From: Escherichia phage vB_Eco_CWW26
Strand: one strand, 5' to 3'
Sequence record: PQ900155.1
Length of the DNA stretch: 48,021 nucleotides
Below the pieces are notes generated by a model. The model was not told the origin of the DNA, did no database searches, and was given only the letters and a program-made list of their open reading frames with translations. Position numbers and translations under genes: made by a program. This document shows positions 18,197 to 25,971 of this stretch, one piece after another (within the stretch, counting starts at the first letter, position 1; each line of letters starts with the position of its first letter).

Positions 18197-18532
18197 TTAT
18201 TTCTGGTTGAGCATGGCGGTGCGGTAGGATTCATCCTCACCAAATATAGCCGCCTCCAGTACATCAATGGCTTGCGATGGTGAGTGTGAATATTTATCGA
18301 AGGTCGGACCTTTGATGAACTGTGCGATTTTGAACAGTCGTTTTTCTTGCGCGTGATACAAATCACTTAGTTTCTTATATCTCTCATCGGACTCACTATC
18401 CATCGTCGCCAGGAGCATTTTATACACCTGAAGATTGTATTCACCGTTCATCGATAGCTGACCTTGCTCATCTTTTATTTTGTACAGTCGGTCGATTTGT
18501 GTAATCAGGTTTTCTTTTGTCACTCTTCTCAT
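18197..18532 (-). CDS. Hypothetical protein (111 aa)
   Basis: ORF coupled to the upstream gene. Confidence 0.5.
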   Translation of the reverse strand: MRRVTKENLITQIDRLYKIKDEQGQLSMNGEYNLQVYKMLLATMDSESDERYKKLSDLYHAQEKRLFKIAQFIKGPTFDKYSHSPSQAIDVLEAAIFGEDESYRTAMLNQK

Positions 18533-18777
18533 TTTCTTTTACTCCGAATGTGAAAGTCTGCTTTATCCATCATATCTTTACGCCAGCAAACGCCGGTACC
18601 CATATACGCCGGGTCGTCACTTTCCGCATAACCAAATTCATTTTCATGATACGTGCAAATCGTGTCGGTCTGTCCGTCATAAATCTGGAACTGATCACCT
18701 TGTGCAGCGTGGGCACCGCTGCAGTAAATTGTCGCAGCCATGATGACTGCTAACTGAATTTTAAATTTGTGAATCAT
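18529..18777 (-). CDS. Small secreted protein (82 aa, signal peptide)
   Basis: This is track ORF 18529..18837 trimmed to ATG 18777, which has a GGAGAG RBS. MIHKFKIQLAVIMAATIYCSGAHA-AQG looks like a Sec signal peptide. Confidence 0.55.
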   Translation of the reverse strand: MIHKFKIQLAVIMAATIYCSGAHAAQGDQFQIYDGQTDTICTYHENEFGYAESDDPAYMGTGVCWRKDMMDKADFHIRSKRK

Positions 18778-18808
18778 TTCTCTACTCTCCTGTTGTTCTG
18801 CTGAGGTA

Positions 18809-18837
18809 ACTATAACCCACCTTGACGAGTCCGTCAA
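18809..18837 (-). promoter_or_regulatory. Leftward promoter TTGACG-N17-TATAGT in perfect palindrome TTGACG-AGTC-CGTCAA (18822..18837)
   Basis: The minus strand reads ttgacg gactcgtcaaggtgggt tatagt. Confidence 0.65.
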
Positions 18838-18897
18838 TAATTGATTGATGATTTCGTCAGGGGTACACTGTAACGACTAACAACCGGAGAAATAAGA

Positions 18898-19272
18898 ATG
18901 TCACTCATTAAAACTTTTACCGCTGGCGACATCACCGTAAACGCCGCGATGCCTTCCGCAATCGAGCAGGACGAACTATTATCCCTGGTGAGCGCACAGT
19001 TTATCGCACATGCCGCCAACGTTTACAAAAACGGCGGCGAACTCGGTGTCAAAGATGTAACCCTGTTGCTCACTGCTGTACCGCATCACATCAAGCAACG
19101 TATTACCGATGTACTTCTGAGTAAAGCAATGACGGCTGGTACTAACACTAAAATCACAGTGAATGATTTCCCCGGTAAAATGATGACGCTAAACACTCTG
19201 CTGGCAGAATTGTTTCTGTGGGTTTATGCTGATTTTTTCGATTACGTGCAAAACGCAAACAAAGACGAGTAA
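18898..19272 (+). CDS. Tail assembly chaperone, short form (G-like)
   Basis: 124 aa between the tube and tape measure genes. It contains the slippery heptamer near its 3' end. Confidence 0.6.
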   Translation: MSLIKTFTAGDITVNAAMPSAIEQDELLSLVSAQFIAHAANVYKNGGELGVKDVTLLLTAVPHHIKQRITDVLLSKAMTAGTNTKITVNDFPGKMMTLNTLLAELFLWVYADFFDYVQNANKDE

Positions 19273-19481
19273 GGGACACCGGGCGACCCAGCCCGGTTAA
19301 CTGGTACTTTATGCGGGTTTGCACGGGTATCGAGGGAGTGTGCCCACCTCTTTGTACATGGGCGCAGTTAAAAGATGGTACAATATCGCTTGCTGAAGTC
19401 GAACAATTTCACTTTGCGATGGATGAATTGCAGGGTAAGTATATCGAGGCGATGAACAATGCAAGAAATTCCCCTAAATAA
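18898..19481 (+). CDS. Tail assembly chaperone, long form made by a -1 frameshift at T_TTT_TTC (19233..19239)
   Basis: The -1 frame opens exactly at the TGA embedded in gcTGAtttttt and stays open to TAA 19479..19481. Otherwise 19273..19458 has no annotated ORF. Confidence 0.55.
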
Positions 19482-19755
19482 TGGCGCGGCTAACGCTCAT
19501 CAGACTTTCACGGTTAAGCTGGGTGACAACGTTCTCGACTTTGCGCTGGATTACATCAGCTATACCGACAAGCCCGCGTGGACAATGACTGTCTCACAGG
19601 ATGGTATCAACTACATCACCGGTGCAATGCTTGTCCCAAATGCTGAGGTCAGCAAAGCATACCGCGCCGGACTGGGTCGTTTTTTCTTTGTGGGCGATGA
19701 GGTAACCATCGACAACCTCGGCGTTGATAACCATCTTCTGTGGGTGCCCGAATAA
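19459..19755 (+). CDS. Hypothetical tail protein (98 aa)
   Basis: ORF whose stop overlaps the tape measure ATG (TAATG). Confidence 0.5.
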   Translation: MQEIPLNNGAANAHQTFTVKLGDNVLDFALDYISYTDKPAWTMTVSQDGINYITGAMLVPNAEVSKAYRAGLGRFFFVGDEVTIDNLGVDNHLLWVPE

Positions 19756-21092
19756 TGGCTAATGTGATTACGCAGTTTCTGGTCGGTCTCGGCATCTCTT
19801 ACGATGGTAAAGGTGCTGAACAGGCTGAAAAAGATATCGACAACCTCGGCAAATCGGCGGAGCAAGCCGGTAGTCGGATGGACGATGTCGGCAAGTCCCT
19901 CGACCAGGGTGTTAAAACCGGTGTAGAAAATTCAAAATCACGCATCATGAGTCTGGTCGCTACGTTCAAAGGAGCAGGACTTGCGATGTCCGGTGTTGCT
20001 GCGGGTGTCGGCGCAGCGTGGGCGTTTGAGTCGAAGAAAGCGCAACAGGCTTACGACCTGAACAACCAGCTTGCAACCAGTCAGTTCGGACCAACTGAGG
20101 TTTACGGACTTGGTGCACTGGCTGAACAGCGTGGCGGCGACCGGCAAGCAACAACAAACAGCCTTTTAAATATTGAGCGTGGAATTAACCGCATTCAGAC
20201 CGGTGACGCCGGGATGATTCAACAACTGGCGGTCGCAGGAATCCGTGTCGATAACCCTACGGGGCGTACACGCGAAGATATTTACAGCGACATCGCCGGA
20301 CAGTTCCAGCACCTCGATACGACGCGTCAGAGCAACGTAGCGGATATTTTAGGTCTCGACCCGGCTACCGTCAGAGTATGGCAGGAGTTCGGCACTACAA
20401 CGCTGGAAGTGTCAAAAGCCCGTGCCGCTGAACTGGGTTACACCGAGAAACATAATGCAGCACTGGATGCAATCAATCAGACCATAATTGACACGCAACA
20501 GAAAATGGAAGGACTGGGTAACACTATTGCAGATGTTCTCGCACCCAGTATTAAAACCTTGTCCGATAGTTTCCTGTCTGCTGCCACGGGTTTTACAAAC
20601 TGGCTGAAAGCACACCCTGATTTACCGACGGATATCGTAAGTGGTAACTGGTATGATAAGTATATTGTTGGTAGTGCCAATAATACAGCGGAGTGGATCA
20701 AGGAGAAAACAGGATTCGATACCCGTGATATTGGGAGGTCTTTTAGCGCCGAGAATAATCCACCAAAACCAGATTACGACTACACCAGGAAGCCAGAAGA
20801 TAAACCACAACAATCATTTGTGTGGCAGCAACCACAGCAGGAGAATATCATCTCCAACGACGGTTCATACGGTGCCGAAGCAAGCCCGGTAACGAACAAT
20901 TACGCGCAGCAAAGCCAGCAGATGAGTCAGATTATGGAGTCCATAAACCGTCCGATTCAGCTTAACGGTAATTTTACCACACAGGGCGACGTGATACTGG
21001 ACGGTAATGCGATTGGTCGTTATACCGTGAATCATCTTGAGACGCAGGTGTATCCACAGGCGATTGACCAGACCCGGCAAAGGAGTTACTGA
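19755..21092 (+). CDS. Tape measure protein (445 aa)
   Basis: This is track ORF 19740..21092, with ATG 19755 preferred. It has a hydrophobic GAGLAMSGVAAGVGAAWAF segment and is Gln/Ala-rich. It lies after the chaperone gene. Confidence 0.7.
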   Translation: MANVITQFLVGLGISYDGKGAEQAEKDIDNLGKSAEQAGSRMDDVGKSLDQGVKTGVENSKSRIMSLVATFKGAGLAMSGVAAGVGAAWAFESKKAQQAYDLNNQLATSQFGPTEVYGLGALAEQRGGDRQATTNSLLNIERGINRIQTGDAGMIQQLAVAGIRVDNPTGRTREDIYSDIAGQFQHLDTTRQSNVADILGLDPATVRVWQEFGTTTLEVSKARAAELGYTEKHNAALDAINQTIIDTQQKMEGLGNTIADVLAPSIKTLSDSFLSAATGFTNWLKAHPDLPTDIVSGNWYDKYIVGSANNTAEWIKEKTGFDTRDIGRSFSAENNPPKPDYDYTRKPEDKPQQSFVWQQPQQENIISNDGSYGAEASPVTNNYAQQSQQMSQIMESINRPIQLNGNFTTQGDVILDGNAIGRYTVNHLETQVYPQAIDQTRQRSY

Positions 21093-21094
21093 TA

Positions 21095-22519
21095 ATGGAT
21101 TTGCGCCAGTATGAGATACTCATTGATACAAAGAATTTCATCACTCAGTCGTACCCGATGCTCCGGTGCTCGTTCGATGTAACAACGTATACCGGCGACA
21201 GTCTGAGTACCTGTGAGTTTCGCTTGTGGAACCTCGCACCGACAACGAAGATTGAACCTAATCAGACCGTTGTTTTTCGCGCCGGGTATCAGTCGCGCAT
21301 GGGTCAGATTTTTACTGGATTTGTTACCAACGTTTTCACTATTCGTGACGGTACTGACATTATTACACGTGTGACGTGTCGCAGCGGTAGCAACGTGCTC
21401 GACGGTGGGACAACGAGTGCAAGTTTCGGTAAGGGGGTGACATTGTTTGACGTCCTGACCAGCCTCGCACAGGACTGGTCAAAACCGCTATATCTTGTCA
21501 ATAGCGTGGACAAATTTACCTCTATTGTCATGGTTAGCGGCTACAACGTCAGCTCCGACATTAGTAAAGAACTCGATATTCTGGCCAAAGCGTATGGCTT
21601 CGAATGGCATCTGTACGCTGGACAGGTGTTTGTCGGATTCCCGTCTGATGACCGTAAAGCCACACCTGTTAAAATCAGTTCCGCCACCGGGATGATTGAT
21701 GCTCCCACGCTTCACGGCGGTATTGATGGTGTATTCTGTGACGTTAAAATGCGTCTTGACCCCCGTATGACACCCGCATCGGTGCTCAATATCGAGTCAA
21801 AATGGCCTAAATTCGATTTCGGAGCAGTGGAGTTCCAGACAACCGTCGACGCTAAACTGGAAGGTGACTGGAACGTTCAGACCATTCAACACACTGGCGA
21901 TACACATGGTCCCGACTGGTACACATTTGTCAAAGCTGTGCGCGCCGGGTCAATGGATACCACCACGGCAAATGCTGACGTTGGTAATCGTCTTATTTAC
22001 GGTCGCGTGGGTGTGCAGGGTGAGGATGCCAGTCAGCAACAGGATTTCCGTACTGAGGTGCGTAAACTTGGGCAAAGTCTGGGTATCAGTCCTAACTGGA
22101 TTATGGCTGTAATCTCTGCCGAGTCTAACTTCAATCCACAGTCAAAGAACAGCAAATCCGGCGCGGTAGGACTGATTCAGTTTACTAATGCCGGTTGGAC
22201 GAGTGCGTTTCAGAGTAAGTACGGTCGCAATAAAAATATCATCCTGTCAATGACTGCAGCCGAACAGGTGAGGGGTCCGATTACTGATTATCTCAATCAA
22301 TATAAAGGGCGTTACAAGACAATGGGGGATGTATACATGGCGGTATTCAGTCCGGCATTTATCGGTAAACCTTCAACAACCGTGATGTACACGTCACCGT
22401 CCAAAGCGTACAATCAGAATGCAGGGCTTGACACGGAGCATAAAGGTTACATTACTGTCGGTGACGTGTGGCGGCGTGTTGAGGAACGATTCAGACAAGG
22501 TAAGGCGTACATGTTATGA
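21095..22519 (+). CDS. Tail/baseplate hub protein with C-terminal lytic transglycosylase (SLT) domain
   Basis: 474 aa. The C-terminal AVISAESNFNPQSKNSKSGAVGLIQFT is the SLT catalytic signature. Confidence 0.65.
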   Translation: MDLRQYEILIDTKNFITQSYPMLRCSFDVTTYTGDSLSTCEFRLWNLAPTTKIEPNQTVVFRAGYQSRMGQIFTGFVTNVFTIRDGTDIITRVTCRSGSNVLDGGTTSASFGKGVTLFDVLTSLAQDWSKPLYLVNSVDKFTSIVMVSGYNVSSDISKELDILAKAYGFEWHLYAGQVFVGFPSDDRKATPVKISSATGMIDAPTLHGGIDGVFCDVKMRLDPRMTPASVLNIESKWPKFDFGAVEFQTTVDAKLEGDWNVQTIQHTGDTHGPDWYTFVKAVRAGSMDTTTANADVGNRLIYGRVGVQGEDASQQQDFRTEVRKLGQSLGISPNWIMAVISAESNFNPQSKNSKSGAVGLIQFTNAGWTSAFQSKYGRNKNIILSMTAAEQVRGPITDYLNQYKGRYKTMGDVYMAVFSPAFIGKPSTTVMYTSPSKAYNQNAGLDTEHKGYITVGDVWRRVEERFRQGKAYML

Positions 22520-23166
22520 GTTTAATTAACCTTCTGGTAAAGCGCGGTCCACAGCTTGGGTCGCTTCAGTTCGATGCCGTCCTGTCTGATGACCTTGATG
22601 CCAGCGTGGATATCGTGCAGTACCCCATTGAGACAGGTACGCCAATTGCAGACCACATTATCTATCAGCCTATTCGTTACACGATGACAGGTGCAGTATC
22701 GAACAACCCGTTGAAAGTTAGTATCACCGATTTCACCGGGGCATTGACAAATCTTGTCGATGACAATCCGTTCATTGCAGCGGGTGCCGGTCTGTTCGCG
22801 GGGTGGTTGAGCGGCTCAAATGAAACTCGCTCCAGTACGACACTGAATACTTTGCTCGATTTCATGTACTCCGGTCAGGTATTCACAGTGGATACGGGCG
22901 AAATTACGCTGAACAATATGGTCATTCAGCGTATTGGGCGCTCTAAAGACCCGGAGAATGAGAACGGATTGATATTTGTTGCTGAACTACAGCAGATTGT
23001 CACGCTTGACCGCGTGGCGAACGGTTCACAACCGGCACAATATCAGCTGAACAGTAACGACGTTTCCAGCACGTCCATATCAGGACTGATTGAGCGTGGT
23101 TATATCAATGTGAAGACAGCTGCAACGAATGTTGCCGACCAGGTTACGACACTTTTGGATTTGTAA
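22516..23166 (+). CDS. Tail/baseplate protein (216 aa)
   Basis: Coupled ORF and the last gene before the non-coding gap. Confidence 0.5.
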   Translation: MSLINLLVKRGPQLGSLQFDAVLSDDLDASVDIVQYPIETGTPIADHIIYQPIRYTMTGAVSNNPLKVSITDFTGALTNLVDDNPFIAAGAGLFAGWLSGSNETRSSTTLNTLLDFMYSGQVFTVDTGEITLNNMVIQRIGRSKDPENENGLIFVAELQQIVTLDRVANGSQPAQYQLNSNDVSSTSISGLIERGYINVKTAATNVADQVTTLLDL

Positions 23167-23193
23167 AAAAAAAAAAGCCCCGTACTCCGGGGC
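23165..23193 (-). terminator. Strong intrinsic terminator oriented for the MINUS strand
   Basis: The minus strand reads gccccggagtacggggc followed by T12 (plus-strand A12 at 23165..23176). On the plus strand the hairpin is followed by aaacat, with no U tract. Confidence 0.8.
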
Positions 23194-23678
23194 AAACATA
23201 CTGAAGCGCAATGGAGAGAGAGTATGGTTTACAGTTGTGGCGGCCGGTGCTGATCTCCGGCTTGTATATGGACTACCCGTCGTCGCCATGGTGAGCCATT
23301 ACCTCACCATCTAGCTGATAAGTTAGCGCATCAGCCCGCGCATTCACCACAACTCTAAACCATCGTCGCAACTGTTGTTATGTTTCACAACATTACCCCA
23401 GTCACTTACGGCTTACCCGTCAGCAAGATTGGACCACCTCCTCGGGGGTTACAACAGGAAAGAGCATTCAGTTGTACCTGCCAGTTGTGCCACTAGGAAA
23501 CGCTTTCGCAGACCGTTAAGCTCTTTGCAAGTTCTTTAATGCTCTTACCTGTTGTATTGGTCGAACCGCCACGGTGACCAACCGCATTCGTGCATGCCTG
23601 GCTACACATTCCGGCTACCCGCTGGTGCGAAGGAATAGGACACCCCGGACCGCTAAGACACATGTGCTATATGCCTGT
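23166..23678 (-). ncRNA. Candidate large (~0.5 kb) structured non-coding RNA, antisense to the baseplate operon; class unknown
   Basis: No ORF of 60 aa or more respects the terminator. The unit has its own promoter (23685..23713) and a minus-oriented terminator. Two long-range helices are present: 23451..23468 pairs with 23538..23555 (17/18) and 23224..23242 pairs with 23345..23363 (17 Watson-Crick pairs plus one G-U that forms only in the minus sense). It also has at least 6 local hairpins and a GAAA tetraloop. Confidence 0.5.
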
Positions 23679-23684
23679 GAATAA

Positions 23685-23713
23685 ATAATTACATTGTTTG
23701 ACGTGATTGTCAA
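23685..23713 (-). promoter_or_regulatory. Leftward promoter TTGACA-N17-AATTAT (TGn extended -10) in palindrome TTGACG-TGAT-TGTCAA (23698..23713)
   Basis: The minus strand reads ttgaca atcacgtcaaacaatgt aattat. It is the only plausible start for the transcript ending at terminator 23165..23193. Confidence 0.5.
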
Positions 23714-23722
23714 TAGTATACT
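23694..23722 (+). promoter_or_regulatory. Rightward promoter TTGTTT-N17-TATACT for the baseplate genes, back-to-back with the leftward promoter
   Basis: -35 at 23694..23699 and -10 at 23717..23722. The palindrome sits in the spacer. AGGAGG RBS and ATG 23749 lie downstream. Confidence 0.45.
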
Positions 23723-23748
23723 TGACATTATTTTCACAGGAGGGCGAC

Positions 23749-24423
23749 ATGACCGACATTAACCAGCGCCGCTCGTTTTTACAGAACGTCACCAATGACA
23801 CGTTTTTCGAGAACATGAAGGACGTGTACACGTGCATCCCGGGTTACGTGCTGACGTTCGACCCGGACACACAGCGCGCACAAATTCAACTGGGAATCAC
23901 CCGGACTGATGATGTCGCTAAAACTACATTTGACCCGCCGCCCATCGTGGACGTTCCAGTAAGTTTCCCGGGCGATGACTTCGTACTGGAATTTGCCGTC
24001 AATCCGGGTTGTGAAGGTATGGTACATTTCAGTCAACGTTGCATTGATGGATGGAAGCAGACCGGCGGCATTGCTGCCAATCCAGTTAAACGCTTTCACC
24101 ACAAACAGGACGCAATGTTTGTACCTGGAATTCGTTCGCTCGATAACCTGATTGCAAGTTTTTCCAACGATGGGATACGTCTGCGTAATGCCGACGCGTC
24201 ACAGCACGTCTGGTTAAAGGGTGACGGTTCGTGCATAATGGCTAACGGGAACGGCAACGTTCAACTTCTTGCAAACGGCACGGTGAGTATCAATGGCGTG
24301 ACCATTGATAAAGACGGGAATATCACCGCTCTGAATTCTCTGGTGCTGGATGGCAAAGAACTCAACGGTCACACTCATGGCGGCGTTGCTTCCGGTGGTG
24401 CTAATACGGGGCCGAATAACTGA
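23749..24423 (+). CDS. Baseplate central spike / assembly protein V-like
   Basis: This is track ORF 23707..24423 trimmed to ATG 23749, which has an AGGAGG RBS. 224 aa with a beta-rich Gly/Asn C-terminus. It lies upstream of the W- and J-like genes. Confidence 0.6.
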   Translation: MTDINQRRSFLQNVTNDTFFENMKDVYTCIPGYVLTFDPDTQRAQIQLGITRTDDVAKTTFDPPPIVDVPVSFPGDDFVLEFAVNPGCEGMVHFSQRCIDGWKQTGGIAANPVKRFHHKQDAMFVPGIRSLDNLIASFSNDGIRLRNADASQHVWLKGDGSCIMANGNGNVQLLANGTVSINGVTIDKDGNITALNSLVLDGKELNGHTHGGVASGGANTGPNN

Positions 24424-24770
24424 TGACAGTACGTAAATTAGATGAAGATGGTGACATTGTTACCCAGGGTTCGATGTTCATCACTGAACAACTGGAAATA
24501 GAACAGACGATACGTACTCGTCTACGTCTGTTTTTGGGTGAGTATTTCCGGGATGTGACCGACGGCACACCGTGGTTTCAGGAGATACTCAACAAACAAA
24601 CTTCTATGGATGTCCGCGAAGCGCGTCTTCGTGAACGCATCGCTGGTACTCCGGGCGTCCAGCAGTTAACCAGTTTTAGTACGAACTTCGACATCGACAA
24701 CAAAACTTATACGGTCACCGCCAGCGTGTTGACCTCCTACGGATTATTAACGGTGACCGAGAATGGCTGA
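24423..24770 (+). CDS. Baseplate wedge protein (gpW / gp25-like)
   Basis: 115 aa, at the canonical V-W-J order, with a coupled start. Confidence 0.6.
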   Translation: MTVRKLDEDGDIVTQGSMFITEQLEIEQTIRTRLRLFLGEYFRDVTDGTPWFQEILNKQTSMDVREARLRERIAGTPGVQQLTSFSTNFDIDNKTYTVTASVLTSYGLLTVTENG

Positions 24771-25971
24771 ATTAACCAGTACCGGCTATAGCGTAAAATC
24801 ACAGAATGACTGGTTCGACGAAGAAAAACAGTTATATCTGGATATTGACAGTAACTGGAATCTTGACCCGTCTACACCAGACGGGCTGAAGATAGCGCAC
24901 GATGCTGAAATCTTCTCCGCGCTCGATGAGGTGTTGCAACAGGCATACAACTCCAAAGACCCGAACAAAGCCAGCGGCTATGACCTCGATGTGATTTGTG
25001 CGCTGACAGGTACCGTCAGAAGTGAAGGTACCGCGTCAACTGTTACAGGGTTTGTGTTAACGGGTACACCTGGCACTCAGGTTCCCGCAGGTACACGCTT
25101 TGAATCATCTGTAACGGGTTATCGATTCACACTCGACCAGACGTGGACACTGGACAGTACAGGCACTGCAACGGTTGATATCACGTGTACTACGGTTGGC
25201 GAAATTGAAGCAGACGCCAACACCATTACAACCATTGTGGATACGGTTGCCGGTCTGGTGTCAGTCAATAACCCTACTCCCGCAACACCCGGTACATCCG
25301 TTGAATCAGATGGGTCATTACGTCTTAAACGAGCGACAGCGGTGGGATTACCCGGTAACAACCAGGTTGATTCAATGCTGGGTCAGTTGTTCAAAGTGGA
25401 CGGTGTACGTCGAGTACATGTCTATGAGAACGACGAAGCCACAACCGACAGCAATGGTCAGCCCGGTCACAGTATTGCACCCATTATCGATGGTGGTACA
25501 GACGACGACGTAGCAATGGCCATCTACCTTAAAAAAAATCCGGGCGTTACACTTTATCAGGCTGGCACACCAGTAACGGTCACTGTTACGTCGCCTACTT
25601 ACCCCACGATGACCAAAAATATCAAATTCAGTCGCCCTGTATATGTGGACATGGTCGTGACCATCGAAATCAAAGATGATGGTTCTCTACCGTCTCAGGC
25701 AACTCTCGAACCACTTATTCAGGACGCAATCATGGAATATGCCGCGGGTGGCCTGATTCCGACGGAGTACGGCTTTAAACCCGACGGGTTTGATATCGGT
25801 GAAACAGTCCCATACAGTTCACTTTACACACCCATTAACAAAGTCATTGGCTCATACGGCAATAGTTACGTCAACAGCATGACGTTGAATAGCGGTACTG
25901 CGAATGTTACCATTAAGTTTAACGAATTATCCCGCTGGACAACCTCAAACATCACGGTGACCATCGTATGA
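24763..25971 (+). CDS. Baseplate J-like protein
   Basis: 402 aa following the gpW-like gene. Confidence 0.65.
   Translation: MAELTSTGYSVKSQNDWFDEEKQLYLDIDSNWNLDPSTPDGLKIAHDAEIFSALDEVLQQAYNSKDPNKASGYDLDVICALTGTVRSEGTASTVTGFVLTGTPGTQVPAGTRFESSVTGYRFTLDQTWTLDSTGTATVDITCTTVGEIEADANTITTIVDTVAGLVSVNNPTPATPGTSVESDGSLRLKRATAVGLPGNNQVDSMLGQLFKVDGVRRVHVYENDEATTDSNGQPGHSIAPIIDGGTDDDVAMAIYLKKNPGVTLYQAGTPVTVTVTSPTYPTMTKNIKFSRPVYVDMVVTIEIKDDGSLPSQATLEPLIQDAIMEYAAGGLIPTEYGFKPDGFDIGETVPYSSLYTPINKVIGSYGNSYVNSMTLNSGTANVTIKFNELSRWTTSNITVTIV

Noticed and set aside
23493-23663. 56-codon minus-strand ORF (MCLSGPGCPIPSHQRVAG...) inside the candidate ncRNA
   Set aside because: It has no Shine-Dalgarno, starts about 15 nt from the predicted TSS and has atypical composition. 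It runs through the predicted helices. It cannot be fully excluded, and ribosome profiling would settle it.
23166-23690. Group I intron, tRNA or tmRNA identity for the structured region
   Set aside because: There are no flanking exons on the minus strand. A UAGUCC-like S element is present but has no complementary GACUA R element. A ggttcga T-loop-like string at about 23561..23567 (seen on the minus strand) has no cloverleaf or acceptor stem around it. No resemblance to RNase P, 6S or SRP RNA was seen by eye.
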